In this document: one piece after another, positions 9,736-19,814 of the stretch
Layout of the letters: each line of letters begins with the position of its first letter
How positions within the stretch are numbered: position 1 is the first letter of the stretch
Origin: an uncultured Solirubrobacterales bacterium
GTDB taxonomy: Bacteria; Actinomycetota; Thermoleophilia; Solirubrobacterales; Solirubrobacteraceae
Length of the DNA: 64,000 nucleotides
Reading direction: 5' to 3'
NCBI GenBank assembly: GCA_963811135.1
Contig: CAWEQG010000011.1
Coordinates: 33,110-97,109 of the forward strand
The notes under the pieces: model-generated
Seen by the model: the letters and a program-made list of their open reading frames with translations, nothing else
The model's database searches: none
What the model was told of the DNA's origin: nothing
Position numbers and translations under genes: made by a program

Positions 9736-10572
9736 GGCGATGTCCTCTTTCGCGAAGGTGACGGCAACTGCGACTTCTTCGTCATCCTGGAGGGCAAGGT
9801 CGCGGTCATTGAGGAGTCCAGTGGTGAAGAGCGCGTGATCGGCGTCCACGGTCCGCGTCGTTTCCTCGGCGAGCTTGGTCTCGTCACCGGACAGTCGGTA
9901 TTCGTGACCGCTGTCGGTGGTGGAGCCTGGAGAGGTGCTGGTCGTCACTGCCAACCGGCTGCGCGAAATCGTGACGGGCGACCAGGTGATGGGAGACCTG
10001 ATCCTGCGGGCGTTCATCATGCGTCCGGCGATCCTGGTCGGCCTGGGGGCCGGCTTTCGGATCGTCGGCTCTCGTTACTCGCCCGACACCCACCGGTTGC
10101 GTGACTTCGCGATTCGCAACCGACTGCCCCACCACTGGGTCGACGTGGAAGACGATCCGGGGCGGAGGAACTGCTTCGGCGCCTGGGGGTGCAACCGTCG
10201 GAAGCGCCGGTTGTCCTGCTGGGCCCCGGCAAGGTGCTGAGGAACCCCAGCAACGTCGAGGAGTGGTTGCGGGGTCTGGTCGCGCTCGACGACGGTGGCT
10301 ACGTGCTCACGGATCAGGCCGCGGCCGCGGAAAGCACGAACCAGATTGCTCGCAACGGGCGGCAGCCCTCGCGTCTATTGCTCGAGACGAGCCTGCCCGG
10401 CGTGTTCGCCGCCGGCGATGTCCGCAGCGGCTCGGTCGCGCGCGTGGCGGCGGCGGTCGGCGACGGTGCGATCGCGATTCGCAACGTCCACCAATTCCTG
10501 GGGGGCGCGGCTCAGACGGTACGTCTAGGGCAGACGTACGTCTCTTCTCAGACGTACATCTCGTCGACATAG
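9736..10572 (+). pseudogene. Decayed duplicate of the cNMP-binding/TrxR-like gene
   Basis: Collinear with 590-2206. It lacks the first roughly 45 codons. It has a +1 shift near 9915, a -1 shift near 10160, and an approximately 790-bp deletion of the FAD/NAD core (junction ..NPSNVE|EWLRGLVALDDGG..). Confidence 0.8.
10536..10557. terminator. Hairpin GTACGTCT-N6-AGACGTAC (duplicate of 2170-2191)
   Basis: Same 8-bp stem read directly at the convergent 3' overlap of the TrxR relic and zf-UBP. Confidence 0.3.
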
Positions 10573-10826
10573 CACCAGCGCCAGTCCTCGCCCGGCTCGA
10601 ACGACTGGACGATCGGATGGCCGATCACGTGTGCGTGCCGGCGCGCGTGCTTACCCAGCGAGGAGTCGCAGCAACCAACATGACCGCACGTCAGGCACAC
10701 CCGCAAATGCACCCAAGGCGTGCCTAGCTTCAGACACTCCTCGCAGCCCTCGGGTGTGCGCGGGGCGACCGGCCGGACCATCGTCAGGTGGGCGCACACG
10801 CGCCGGCTCGTGTACGGGATGGTCAT
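10548..10826 (-). CDS. UBP-type zinc-finger (zf-UBP) domain protein, 92 aa
   Basis: MTIPYTS...CEECLKLGTPWVHLRVCLTCGHVGCCDSSLGKHARRHAHVIGHPIVQSFEPGEDWRWCYVDEMYV matches the Cys/His pattern of zf-UBP. Its ATG overlaps the PCD stop (ATGA). Confidence 0.8.
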   Translation of the reverse strand: MTIPYTSRRVCAHLTMVRPVAPRTPEGCEECLKLGTPWVHLRVCLTCGHVGCCDSSLGKHARRHAHVIGHPIVQSFEPGEDWRWCYVDEMYV

Positions 10827-11104
10827 GGTCCGTCGATCACGGCGTTGACCTTGTCGGCCAATCGGAGCTCGGCCTCGGTGATGCCCGCGTGGTTTGGGTT
10901 GGCGATCTGGAGCCGAACGCGATTGAAGTCGAGGATGCACATGTCCGGCCGGCGCAAGTAGTCCTCGGCGCCGGTCGCCACCCGCTCGACCAACGCCAAC
11001 GCCTGCTCGAAGTCACGAAACGAGAGCTCGCGGACGAGCCTCTGTCCGACCAGGCGCCACCCCGCGGCGGCGGGCTGGCGCCTGGTTGCCGGGGTGGCGG
11101 GCAC
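10823..11104 (-). CDS. Pterin-4a-carbinolamine dehydratase (PCD/DCoH family)
   Basis: 93-aa ORF with ..WRLVGQRLVRELSFRDFEQALALVERVATGAEDYLRRPDMCILDFNRVRLQIANPNHAGITEAELRLADKV.. It has a GTG start overlapping the hsp20 stop by 1 nt. Confidence 0.75.
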   Translation of the reverse strand: MPATPATRRQPAAAGWRLVGQRLVRELSFRDFEQALALVERVATGAEDYLRRPDMCILDFNRVRLQIANPNHAGITEAELRLADKVNAVIDGP

Positions 11105-11577
11105 TAGGACGCCTTGATCTCGATCCGTCGGGGCTTGGCCTTTTCGGACTTGGGCACGCGCACGGTCAGCTCGCCGTCGTGCAAGTTGGCCTCGATCTGA
11201 TCTTCGTTGGCCTGGCCCGGCAGCATCACGCGATATTCGAACTGGCCCGTTCTGCGGGTGCGGCGGCGGACGACTCCTTTGCGCTCCTTCTCCTTTATCT
11301 CGCCCGTGATCACGAGCTCGCCTTCACGCAGCTCCACGTTGACGTCCTTGCGATCGACGCCGGGAAGCTCGGCTTCGATGATCCAGGCGTCCTCGGTCTC
11401 TTCGATGTCGGCAAGCGGCATCCAGGCGCCGCCGTTGGCTTGTGCCTGCGGCCAGACGCTCTGGACCAAGCGGCCCATCTCCTCTTGGAGCTGTTCGAAC
11501 TCACGGAAGGGATCCCAGCGCTGGACCGGGCGCGGCGCGGGCGAAGAAGACTCGGCACGTCGGGCAGGTACCGCCAT
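11104..11577 (-). CDS. Hsp20/alpha-crystallin small heat-shock protein
   Basis: 157-aa ORF, about 94% identical by eye to the 2635-3105 product. It is divergent from dnaK. Confidence 0.9.
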   Translation of the reverse strand: MAVPARRAESSSPAPRPVQRWDPFREFEQLQEEMGRLVQSVWPQAQANGGAWMPLADIEETEDAWIIEAELPGVDRKDVNVELREGELVITGEIKEKERKGVVRRRTRRTGQFEYRVMLPGQANEDQIEANLHDGELTVRVPKSEKAKPRRIEIKAS

Positions 11578-11723
11578 GTTGGCTCCTCTCTCTAGTTGCC
11601 TTGGTCGAGCGTGGAGCTAGGCCGCCGAGCTCATAGGCCAAGACCAATTCCTCGCCTTGAAGCGCACCGCCGGCGCCCTAGGGATACGGGCGAGATCCGC
11701 GTCGACGACCGAGAGGAGCCGAT

Positions 11724-13625
11724 ATGGCCAAGGCAGTTGGAATCGACTTGGGCACCACGAACTCCGTGGTCGCCGCGACCTTGGAGGGTGGTCATGCCGA
11801 GGTGATCCCGAACGCCGAAGGCGCTCGGACCACACCGTCGGTCGTCGCCTTCACCGAGGATGGGCAGCGACTGGTGGGACAGGTCGCCAAGCGCCAGGCG
11901 ATCCTCAACCCGCAGGCGACGATCTACTCGGCCAAGCGGTTCATCGGGCGGCGCTACGACGAGGTGGAGGAGGAGACGAAGATCGTCCCCTTCAAGGTCC
12001 TCAAGGGCCCGAACGACGCGGTGCGGTTCGAGATCCGCGGCAAGCAGTACGCCCCCGAGGAGATCTCGGCGCAGATACTGCGAAAGCTGGCCGAGGACGC
12101 CGGGAAGTTCCTCGGCGAGCGGGTGACTGAGGCGGTGATCACCGTCCCCGCCTATTTCAACGACGCGCAGCGGACGGCAACCCGCGACGCCGGCCGGATC
12201 GCCGGTCTCGAAGTGCTGCGGATCATCAACGAGCCAACCGCTGCGGCGCTCGCCTACGGGATGGACAAGAAGGGCCAGGAAACGATCCTGGTGTTCGACC
12301 TCGGTGGCGGAACGTTTGATGTGTCTCTGCTCGAGGTGGGCGACGGCGTGGTCGAGGTCCGCTCCACCAGCGGGGACGGTCATCTCGGCGGCGACGATTT
12401 CGACAAGCGCGTGGTCGATTGGCTGGCAGACGAATTCAAGCGCGAGCAGGGCATCGACCTGCGCACCGACCCGCAGGCGCTCCAGCGCCTTTATGAGGCG
12501 GCCGAGCGGGCCAAGGTCGAGCTCTCGACCACCACGCAGACGCAGATCAACTTGCCGTTCATCACGGCTGACGCCGCCGGCCCCAAGCATCTGAACACCA
12601 GCCTCACCCGGTCGAAGTTCGACCAGTTGACCCAGGACCTGGTGGAGCGTACGCGGGAGCCGTTCGAGCAGGCACTGGCCGACGCCAAGCTGACCGCGGA
12701 CGACATCGACGAGGTGATCCTGGTCGGGGGGTCCACCCGGATCCCGGCCGTGCAGGACCTGGTGCGCCGGCTGACCCGCGGCAAGGAACCAAACATGACC
12801 GTCAACCCGGATGAGGTGGTCGCGATCGGTGCGGCGCTTCAGGCCGGCGTGCTCAAGGGCGAGGTCGAGGACGTCGTGCTGCTCGACGTGACCCCGCTGT
12901 CGCTCGGGCTCGAGACCCTCGGGGGGGTGATGACCAAGGTGATCGAGCGCAACACGACGATCCCGGCCCGCCGGACGGAGGTGTTCTCCACCGCGGAGGA
13001 CAACCAGACCGCGGTCGACATCGTGGTGCTTCAGGGCGAGCGCGAGCTGGCTGCCGACAATCGCCAGCTCGCACGGTTCCGGCTCGAGGGCATCGAGGCG
13101 GCCCCGCGTGGCGTGCCGCAGATCGAGGTGACGTTCGACATTGACGCCAACGGGATCCTCAACGTCTCGGCCCGCGACAAGGCGACCGGCAAGGAGCAGC
13201 GGGTCACGATCTCCGAGAGCACCAACCTGGATCAGCGGGAGATCGAGCGGATGGTCGCCGACGCTCAGGCGCACGCCGGCGAGGACCGCCGCCGACGCGA
13301 GGAGATCGACGCGCGCAACGAACTCGATTCGCTGGCTTATCGCGTGGATCAGCTCTTGCGTGAACTGCAGGACCGCCTGCCGGTAAACGAAAAGGCCAGG
13401 GCGGAGCAACTCGTCGTCGACGCTCGGAAGGCGGTCCAGGATCAAGCCAGCCTGGACCGCGTGCGGCCGCTCATCTCCGACCTGCAGCAGATGCTCCAGC
13501 TCCTGCCCAGCGCCGCGGCGGCGGGGGCGGGGGTCGGTGGCAACGGCGCCGGCGGCAACGGCGCGAGCGCCGAGGGGGCCGCAGAAGACGAGGAGGTGGT
13601 CGATGCAGAATTCACCCGCGAGTAA
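11724..13625 (+). CDS. dnaK: Molecular chaperone DnaK (Hsp70)
   Basis: [17 protein letters not shown]..., [13 protein letters not shown] and other universal Hsp70 motifs. GAGAGGAG RBS. Confidence 0.97.
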   Translation: MAKAVGIDLGTTNSVVAATLEGGHAEVIPNAEGARTTPSVVAFTEDGQRLVGQVAKRQAILNPQATIYSAKRFIGRRYDEVEEETKIVPFKVLKGPNDAVRFEIRGKQYAPEEISAQILRKLAEDAGKFLGERVTEAVITVPAYFNDAQRTATRDAGRIAGLEVLRIINEPTAAALAYGMDKKGQETILVFDLGGGTFDVSLLEVGDGVVEVRSTSGDGHLGGDDFDKRVVDWLADEFKREQGIDLRTDPQALQRLYEAAERAKVELSTTTQTQINLPFITADAAGPKHLNTSLTRSKFDQLTQDLVERTREPFEQALADAKLTADDIDEVILVGGSTRIPAVQDLVRRLTRGKEPNMTVNPDEVVAIGAALQAGVLKGEVEDVVLLDVTPLSLGLETLGGVMTKVIERNTTIPARRTEVFSTAEDNQTAVDIVVLQGERELAADNRQLARFRLEGIEAAPRGVPQIEVTFDIDANGILNVSARDKATGKEQRVTISESTNLDQREIERMVADAQAHAGEDRRRREEIDARNELDSLAYRVDQLLRELQDRLPVNEKARAEQLVVDARKAVQDQASLDRVRPLISDLQQMLQLLPSAAAAGAGVGGNGAGGNGASAEGAAEDEEVVDAEFTRE

Positions 13626-14133
13626 TGGGGAAGACCCCACGCGTTCGGATCAGGCCGAGCCGCCTGCCGCGGCAGCCGCGCCCGCAGGCGACGATCTCAC
13701 CGACGAACTGGCAAGGACCGAGGATCGCTACAAGCGCGCCCTCGCCGATCTCGACAACTACCGCAAGCGTGCCGCCCGCGAGGTCGAGCAACGGGTAAAC
13801 GAGGCCCGGGAATCGATGCTCAGGGACTGGCTCGACGCTGTGGACAGCGTCGAGCGCGCGATGCGCATGCAATCCGACGCCTCCTGTCGGGACGGGCTGC
13901 AGGCGGTACTGGCGCAGATGTCGGCTACCCTCGCGCGGCAGGGGGCGCACCGGATCGGCGCAATCGGTGAGGAGTTCGATCCGGAGATCCACGAGGCGAT
14001 CGCCGTGCAGCCGGCCGACGATGTGCCGGACCGGACGATTCTCGCGGTCGACCGGTCGGGGTTCTCGTTGGGCGATCGCGTGATCAGGCCGGCGCAGGTC
14101 GTGGTCGCTCGCGCGCCCGAACACGCGCGCTGA
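13603..14133 (+). CDS. grpE: Nucleotide exchange factor GrpE
   Basis: ..[21 protein letters not shown].. and C-terminal ..[21 protein letters not shown]. The ATG at 13603 with GAGGAGG upstream is preferred over the track start at 13537. It overlaps the dnaK end by 23 nt. Confidence 0.9.
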   Translation: MQNSPASNGEDPTRSDQAEPPAAAAAPAGDDLTDELARTEDRYKRALADLDNYRKRAAREVEQRVNEARESMLRDWLDAVDSVERAMRMQSDASCRDGLQAVLAQMSATLARQGAHRIGAIGEEFDPEIHEAIAVQPADDVPDRTILAVDRSGFSLGDRVIRPAQVVVARAPEHAR

Positions 14134-15065
14134 TGTCGGTCGGGACCCGGGACTACTACGAGGCGCTCGGAGTCCCACGCGACGCCAGCGCCGAGGACAT
14201 TCGCCGGGCCTACCGTCGGCTCGCGCGCCAGTACCACCCCGACGTCAACAAGGAGGCGGGCGCCGAGGATCGCTTCAAAGAGATATCCGAGGCCTACGAG
14301 GTCCTGCGCGATCCCGAGAAGCGGGCGCAATACGACCGGCTCGGACCCAACTGGCGAGCAGCCAGAGGCCCCTCCGGCCCGGGCGGATTCGACGACAGCT
14401 TCCGCGCCGGCAACGGGTCCGCCGACTCGTTCGACGATGCATTCGGCGGCGATCGGTTCAGCGACTTGTTTGAGAGCGTGTTCGCGCGGGGCCGTCGCGG
14501 CCGTGCCGGCGGCGGGTTCGACGGCTTCTCGATGCGCGGCACCGACCACGAGGCGGTGCTCGAGGTGACGCTCGAGGAGGCCGCCCGAGGCGGCAGGCGA
14601 CGGCTCTCGCTGGAGGGTGTCGGCACCGTTGAGGTGGACATCCCGCCTGGGGTGCGCGACGGACAGCGGATCCGCTTGGCGGGACAAGGCGGCGAGGGCA
14701 TCGGCGGCGGACCGTCGGGCGATCTGTTCCTTCGCATCCGGCTCCGGCCGCATCCTCGCTTTCGCGTCGAGGGGCGGGACCTGTTCGTCGATCTGCCGGT
14801 GGCCCCTTGGGAGGCGGCGCTCGGGGCGGAGGTTCCGGTGCCGACGCTCGACGGAAGCGCCCGCGTCAAGGTGCCGTCCGGATCGTCGAGCGGCCGCCGG
14901 CTGCGCCTACGAGGGCAGGGGCTGCCCGACTCGGGTGGTGGTCCGGGCGGCGACCTGTACGCGGTGGTGATGATCCATGTCCCCAAGAAGCTGAGCAAGC
15001 GGGAGCGCGAGCTGTTCGAGCAGCTCTCCGCGACGTCGAAGTTCAACCCGCGGGAGCGGCGCTGA
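14133..15065 (+). CDS. dnaJ: J-domain co-chaperone, CbpA-like (class II DnaJ with no Cys-rich zinc-finger region)
   Basis: J domain [33 protein letters not shown], a G/F-rich linker and C-terminal substrate-binding domains. The 310-aa protein contains no cysteine at all. Its start overlaps the grpE stop (TGATG). Confidence 0.9.
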   Translation: MSVGTRDYYEALGVPRDASAEDIRRAYRRLARQYHPDVNKEAGAEDRFKEISEAYEVLRDPEKRAQYDRLGPNWRAARGPSGPGGFDDSFRAGNGSADSFDDAFGGDRFSDLFESVFARGRRGRAGGGFDGFSMRGTDHEAVLEVTLEEAARGGRRRLSLEGVGTVEVDIPPGVRDGQRIRLAGQGGEGIGGGPSGDLFLRIRLRPHPRFRVEGRDLFVDLPVAPWEAALGAEVPVPTLDGSARVKVPSGSSSGRRLRLRGQGLPDSGGGPGGDLYAVVMIHVPKKLSKRERELFEQLSATSKFNPRERR

Positions 15066-15436
15066 TGGCGCGGACGTCGGCCCCAGGCGCGATCACCGGC
15101 ACGTGGCTCGCCACCCGTCCCAACGGTCTCGTGGGGATCGAGCGGCTGGCGCAAGAGGCCGGTATACACCCGGACCTGGTCCGGCGGCTCGTCCGCCTGG
15201 GACTGGTCGAGGCGAGCGGCGGCACCCGTGCGACGCCCTTCTTCCGGCCCGACGACGCCGCGCTCCTCGCGCGTGCGGTGCGCCTGCGCCGCGATCTCGG
15301 GCTGAACTTCGCCGGCGCCGTGCTGGCCTGCGAGCTGCTGGCGCGGATCGATGAGCTGGAAGCGCGGCTGCGCGGGGCCGCGCCGCCCCACGGACAACAC
15401 GAGGTGATCGCATGGACCCAGACCGTCTCACACTGA
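15065..15436 (+). CDS. hspR: MerR-family heat-shock repressor HspR
   Basis: 123 aa (..[27 protein letters not shown]....[43 protein letters not shown]), in the classical position after dnaJ. Its ATG overlaps the dnaJ stop (TGATG). Confidence 0.8.
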   Translation: MARTSAPGAITGTWLATRPNGLVGIERLAQEAGIHPDLVRRLVRLGLVEASGGTRATPFFRPDDAALLARAVRLRRDLGLNFAGAVLACELLARIDELEARLRGAAPPHGQHEVIAWTQTVSH

Positions 15437-18087
15437 AGACCCAGGAGGCCCTCCACGACGCGCAGACCAAAGCCCTGCGCTACGGGCACACGGAGCTCGA
15501 CACCCTTCACCTGCTGCTCGCGCTGCTCGAACAGCCCGAGGGCCTGGTTCCGCGTCTGCTGGTGCGGGCCGACATCGACACCGGCGGATTGCGTGCCGCG
15601 GTCGAGGCGGCGCTCGAGCGACGGCCGCGGGTGAGCGGCCCGGGCGCGAGCGGTCAGATCGGCATGACACGCGCTCTGGCGAATCTGCTGGACGCGGCCG
15701 AACGCGAAGCGGAGCGGCTCAAGGACGAGTACGTGTCGGTGGAGCACATCCTCCTGGCCATGCTGGCCACGGCCCCCGAGAGCGATGCCGGCAACCTCCT
15801 GCGCGAGTACGGCGCCGACCGCGACCGGGTCCTCGAGATCCTCACCCAGGTGCGCGGCGCGCAGCGCGTCACCAGCGCCACCCCCGAGTCCTCCTACGAG
15901 GCGCTCGAGAAGTACGGCCGCGACCTGGTCAGCGAGGCGCAGAGTGGAAAGCTCGATCCCGTGATCGGCCGTGACAGCGAGATCCGCCGGGTCATCCAGA
16001 TCCTGTCGCGCAAGACGAAGAACAATCCGGTTCTCGTCGGAGATCCAGGGGTGGGAAAGACCGCGATCGTCGAGGGGCTGGCGCAGCGGATCGTGCGAGG
16101 TGACGTGCCCGAGGGGCTGAAGGACAGGACGATCTTCGCCCTCGACATGGGGTCGTTAGTGGCCGGGGCAAAGTACCGGGGCGAGTTCGAGGAACGGCTC
16201 AAGGCGGTCCTGCAAGAGCTCAAGGCCGCCGAAGGTCGGATCCTCCTTTTCATCGATGAGCTGCACACGGTGGTTGGCGTCGGCGCCGCGGAGGGCGCGA
16301 TGGACGCCGGCAACATGCTCAAGCCGATGCTCGCCCGTGGCGAGCTGCACTGCATCGGCGCGACCACCCTCGCCGAGTATCGTCGGCACATCGAGAAGGA
16401 TGCCGCGCTCGAGCGCCGCTTCCAGCCGGTGCTGGTCGACGAGCCGACCGTGGAGGACACGATCTCGATCCTGCGCGGGCTGCGCGAGCGCTTCGAGGTC
16501 CACCACGGCGTCCGAATCCAGGACGCGGCGCTCGTCGCCGCCGCCACGCTGTCGCATCGCTACATCACCGACCGGTTTCTGCCTGACAAGGCGATTGACC
16601 TGGTCGACGAGGCCTGCGCGGTGATCCGCACCGAAATCGACTCGCTGCCGCAGGAGCTCGACGAGATAACCCGCCGCGTGATGCGGCTCGAGATCGAGGA
16701 GGCGGCGCTCAAGAAGGAGAAGGACAAGGCGAGTCGCGAGCGGCTCGAGGCGCTGCGCCGGGAGCTGGCCGACCTGCGGGCCCAGGCCGACGCGATGCGT
16801 GCCCAGTGGGAAGCGGAGCGGCAGGCGATCCACAAGCTCCAGTCGCTGCGCGAAGAGCTCGAGCAGGTACGGCGCGAGATCGAGGACGCCGAGCGGCGTT
16901 ACGACCTCAATCGCGCTGCTGAGCTCCGCCACGGCCGCCTCCCCGAGCTGGAGCGCCGACTGCGCGCCGAGGAAGAGCGGCTCGAAAGCAAGCAAGGCGG
17001 CGCGGCGGCGACCCGTCTCTTGCGCGAGGAGGTCACCGAGGACGAGATCGCCGAGATCGTCGCCCGCTGGACCGGCATCCCGGTGTCCCGGCTGGTCGAG
17101 GGTGAGCGCGAGAAGCTGCTCCGGCTCGACGAGGTCCTGCACGAGCGCGTGATCGGCCAAGACGAGGCGGTGCGGCTGGTCGCCGACGCGGTGATCCGAG
17201 CTAGAGCCGGGATCAAGGACCCCCGGCGGCCGATCGGGTCGTTCATCTTCCTCGGCCCGACCGGAGTCGGCAAGACCGAGCTCTCGCGGGCGCTCGCGGA
17301 GGCTCTGTTCGACTCTGAAGAGAACATCGTGCGACTCGACATGTCCGAGTACCAGGAGCGGCACACCGTGAGCCGACTGATGGGGGCGCCGCCCGGCTAT
17401 GTGGGCTACGAGGAAGGCGGGCAGCTAACCGAAGCGGTCCGGCGCAAGCCCTACTCCGTAGTGCTGTTCGACGAGATCGAGAAGGCCCATCCCGACGTGT
17501 TCAACACCCTCCTGCAGATCCTCGACGACGGCCGCCTGACCGACGCGCAGGGCCGCACGGTCAACTTCCGGAACACCGTGATCATCATGACGTCCAACAT
17601 CGGGTCGCTCTACCTGCTCGAAGGGGTGACCGACACCGGCGAGATCCGGGAGGACGCGCGAGACCGCGTGATGGATGAGCTACGGGCGAGCTTCCGCCCG
17701 GAATTCCTCAACCGAGTGGATGAGATCGTCCTGTTCAAACCGCTCACGCTCGCGGAGATCGAGCAGATCGTCGACCTACAGATCGAGGACGTTCGCCGCC
17801 GCCTGGCCGAGCGCCGTGTCGGCCTGGAGCTGACCGAGGCTGCCCGTGGCTTCATCGCCCGCCAGGGCTACGATCCGGTATATGGCGCGCGCCCGCTGCG
17901 ACGCTTCATTCAGCGGGAGGTGGAAACCCGGATCGCCCGTGCGCTCATCGCCGGCGAGATCGACGACGCGTCCACCGTCACCTTAGACGTAGCCGGCGAC
18001 GAACTACAGGTGCGCTGGGACGAGGAGGCCCGGCAGGGTGGCGCGGAGGCGCAGCCAGGCTCCGAGCGACAGCCGGTCGCGGCGTAA
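15412..18087 (+). CDS. clpB: AAA+ disaggregase ClpB
   Basis: 891 aa with two Walker A sites ([15 protein letters not shown]; [15 protein letters not shown]) and a coiled-coil middle domain. It overlaps the hspR end by 25 nt. Confidence 0.97.
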   Translation: MDPDRLTLKTQEALHDAQTKALRYGHTELDTLHLLLALLEQPEGLVPRLLVRADIDTGGLRAAVEAALERRPRVSGPGASGQIGMTRALANLLDAAEREAERLKDEYVSVEHILLAMLATAPESDAGNLLREYGADRDRVLEILTQVRGAQRVTSATPESSYEALEKYGRDLVSEAQSGKLDPVIGRDSEIRRVIQILSRKTKNNPVLVGDPGVGKTAIVEGLAQRIVRGDVPEGLKDRTIFALDMGSLVAGAKYRGEFEERLKAVLQELKAAEGRILLFIDELHTVVGVGAAEGAMDAGNMLKPMLARGELHCIGATTLAEYRRHIEKDAALERRFQPVLVDEPTVEDTISILRGLRERFEVHHGVRIQDAALVAAATLSHRYITDRFLPDKAIDLVDEACAVIRTEIDSLPQELDEITRRVMRLEIEEAALKKEKDKASRERLEALRRELADLRAQADAMRAQWEAERQAIHKLQSLREELEQVRREIEDAERRYDLNRAAELRHGRLPELERRLRAEEERLESKQGGAAATRLLREEVTEDEIAEIVARWTGIPVSRLVEGEREKLLRLDEVLHERVIGQDEAVRLVADAVIRARAGIKDPRRPIGSFIFLGPTGVGKTELSRALAEALFDSEENIVRLDMSEYQERHTVSRLMGAPPGYVGYEEGGQLTEAVRRKPYSVVLFDEIEKAHPDVFNTLLQILDDGRLTDAQGRTVNFRNTVIIMTSNIGSLYLLEGVTDTGEIREDARDRVMDELRASFRPEFLNRVDEIVLFKPLTLAEIEQIVDLQIEDVRRRLAERRVGLELTEAARGFIARQGYDPVYGARPLRRFIQREVETRIARALIAGEIDDASTVTLDVAGDELQVRWDEEARQGGAEAQPGSERQPVAA

Positions 18088-18193
18088 GCCGAACCGGCAA
18101 GGGCGCACGCTACTCGCCGCTGCCATCGAGTACTTGTCCCGAGCGCGGTCCGTCCTAACCACGCGCTCGGGTACCCGGCGGAGGAGAACGATT

Positions 18194-18955
18194 GTGACCA
18201 GCTTGGTGATCGAGCAGATTGAGGTTCCGGCGGGCGTGCGGCAGTGGCGCGCGATGACGACTGCGCGGGAACGGGTGGCCGACGTGTTGGCCGGACGCAA
18301 GGTCTGGTGCGCGACAGCAGTTCCGAGGCGCAACGAGGCGGCCGACGACCTGCGGGCTTGCCTGTATGGCGCAGCTCCCGGTCTGAGCGCCGACCGTCTC
18401 GAGGTGCATGGGCGACCGCAGCTGAGCTCCCTGGCCGATGCGGTGGACCGCATGCTGGCGGGAGGATCGCCCGGTCGCGTCTTCGATGCCGCCGACCAGG
18501 CCCTGGTCGCCGAGGCGGTTTCGGACGCCGATGAGCTTCTTGGCGACGCCGTTGGTCCGGGAGACGTCGTCGTCGCACATGATGGAGTAAGCGCGCTCGT
18601 GGCGCGTGCCGTCCGCGACCGCGGCGCCCACGCCGTGTGGCGCGTGCGAATCCCTCGGGGATCGACCCCCGGCGCGAGTCAGGCGCGGGACCTCCTGCGG
18701 AGCTTCACCGCCGGTGTTGATGCATACGTGCTCCGGTGGTTCGAGCGTAGCGCCGACGGTGAAGTCGTCGAACGCGTTGCCGCGGCGATGCCGTCAACCG
18801 GCATCGTGGCGGTCAAACAGACGCGACGATCCGGAGGCGGTGAGGAGCTCCATGACCTGGCGTGGCGTATGGCGTATGCGGAGATCGTTCGCGGCGGCCG
18901 CCAGGAGCATGTGGGAGGAACGCTCCATACGCGCCCTGCTGTCGCGGCCCGATAG
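18194..18955 (+). CDS. Hypothetical protein resembling only the N-terminal (non-catalytic) half of TreT-type GT4 glycosyltransferases
   Basis: GTG at 18194 follows GGAGGAG. The segment GDVVVAHDGVSALVARAVRDRGAHAVWRVRI...LLRSFTAGVDAYVL parallels GDVVxxHDPQxAGLxxALRxxGAxVxWRCHxG...FLxPYxxxADxYVF of the neighbouring GT relic. No C-terminal GT domain is present. Confidence 0.45.
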   Translation: MTSLVIEQIEVPAGVRQWRAMTTARERVADVLAGRKVWCATAVPRRNEAADDLRACLYGAAPGLSADRLEVHGRPQLSSLADAVDRMLAGGSPGRVFDAADQALVAEAVSDADELLGDAVGPGDVVVAHDGVSALVARAVRDRGAHAVWRVRIPRGSTPGASQARDLLRSFTAGVDAYVLRWFERSADGEVVERVAAAMPSTGIVAVKQTRRSGGGEELHDLAWRMAYAEIVRGGRQEHVGGTLHTRPAVAAR

Positions 18956-18967
18956 GCGCGTCGCCTT

Positions 18968-19783
18968 CTAGTCTTCGGCGCCCTGCAGGATGATCTCGGT
19001 TCCCGTGGCGGGGCTGGAGAAGCGTTCCGCCGCGCTCCCACCGGGGATGAACAGGTCGTGGAACTGGCACGTGTCCCCATCGCGCCGTCGCCACCCTCTG
19101 GACGTTGGGCCGAGCGCGAGCTGTCCGCGAGCTACCGCCACCGAATCGTCGACCACAACTGCGGTCGCTGACGCATCGCCGATCCGGACCACGACGCGCT
19201 CGCCAACCGGCGCCGGCGGGCGCGAAATCGTCGTGCACAGGATGCCGCAACGATCGACGAGTGCGACCACGCACCTCGGGACCGGTGGGACCGCTTCCGG
19301 TGGAATCGGCTCGCAGACGGCATGGGAGTGGCGCACGACGGCGCGGACGATGGCTCCGGCCAGTAGCTCTGGTGAATGTGAGCGCCGGTCGGCCATCGGC
19401 AGCTCGAGATAACACGGCCCGCTGATCTCCGGCGCCACGAAGGACCAGGACCAGCCCGTGTCGGGCCCCACGATGGGGACCCCGTCCGCCGTCCAGCCGG
19501 CGCACTCCCGCGGCTGTGCGTTCCGGGCGAGTCGAGCCGCGACATCGTGGACCACGAGGCGTTTCCCGGGTCCGTCGCCGAGTGCCAGGCAGGCGACCGA
19601 GAATCCCGCCGCAAGCGAGTCGCAGGGCGCCACCTGCGTGATCACGACATCCGCCGCGGGAGCGACCAGGGCCAACCGACGGGTCAGGCCGACGAACGGT
19701 TCGTCGCTCGGGCCGTAGTCGGCCACGACGTGGATGAGCCGGGGCGCCTGGGAGGGCGACCACGGAGCTGCTGCGGCTGTCAT
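18968..19783 (-). CDS. Divergent SAM hydroxide adenosyltransferase / chlorinase-fluorinase family (DUF62)-like protein
   Basis: 271 aa starting at the ATG at 19783. N-terminal (ADYGPSDEPFVGL..), central (VGPDTGW) and C-terminal (VDRCGILCTTI...GSAAERF) segments follow the family layout, but the motifs are degenerate. Confidence 0.6.
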   Translation of the reverse strand: MTAAAAPWSPSQAPRLIHVVADYGPSDEPFVGLTRRLALVAPAADVVITQVAPCDSLAAGFSVACLALGDGPGKRLVVHDVAARLARNAQPRECAGWTADGVPIVGPDTGWSWSFVAPEISGPCYLELPMADRRSHSPELLAGAIVRAVVRHSHAVCEPIPPEAVPPVPRCVVALVDRCGILCTTISRPPAPVGERVVVRIGDASATAVVVDDSVAVARGQLALGPTSRGWRRRDGDTCQFHDLFIPGGSAAERFSSPATGTEIILQGAED

Positions 19784-19814
19784 CGGTCGCGCGTGGAGCG
19801 TCACGGATCCGGGC

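Noticed and set aside
11578-11723. Search for the HspR operator (HAIR) and for a second CIRCE in the dnaK/hsp20 divergent region and upstream of the other hsp20 genes
   Set aside because: Nothing closer than about 2 mismatches per half-site was found by eye, and none had the correct spacing. Only an approximately 45-bp leader shared by the two hsp20 duplicates (..GCGGCCTAG..TCGA.CCA.GCAACTA.A.AGAGGAGC.AAC-ATG) was seen, which the duplication itself explains.
11631-13640. 669-aa ORF antisense to dnaK, and similar long antisense ORFs over clpB (16156-17364), groEL (44303-45811) and zwf
   Set aside because: The opposite strand encodes unmistakable universal chaperones or enzymes. The antisense translations are compositionally biased and carry no motifs.
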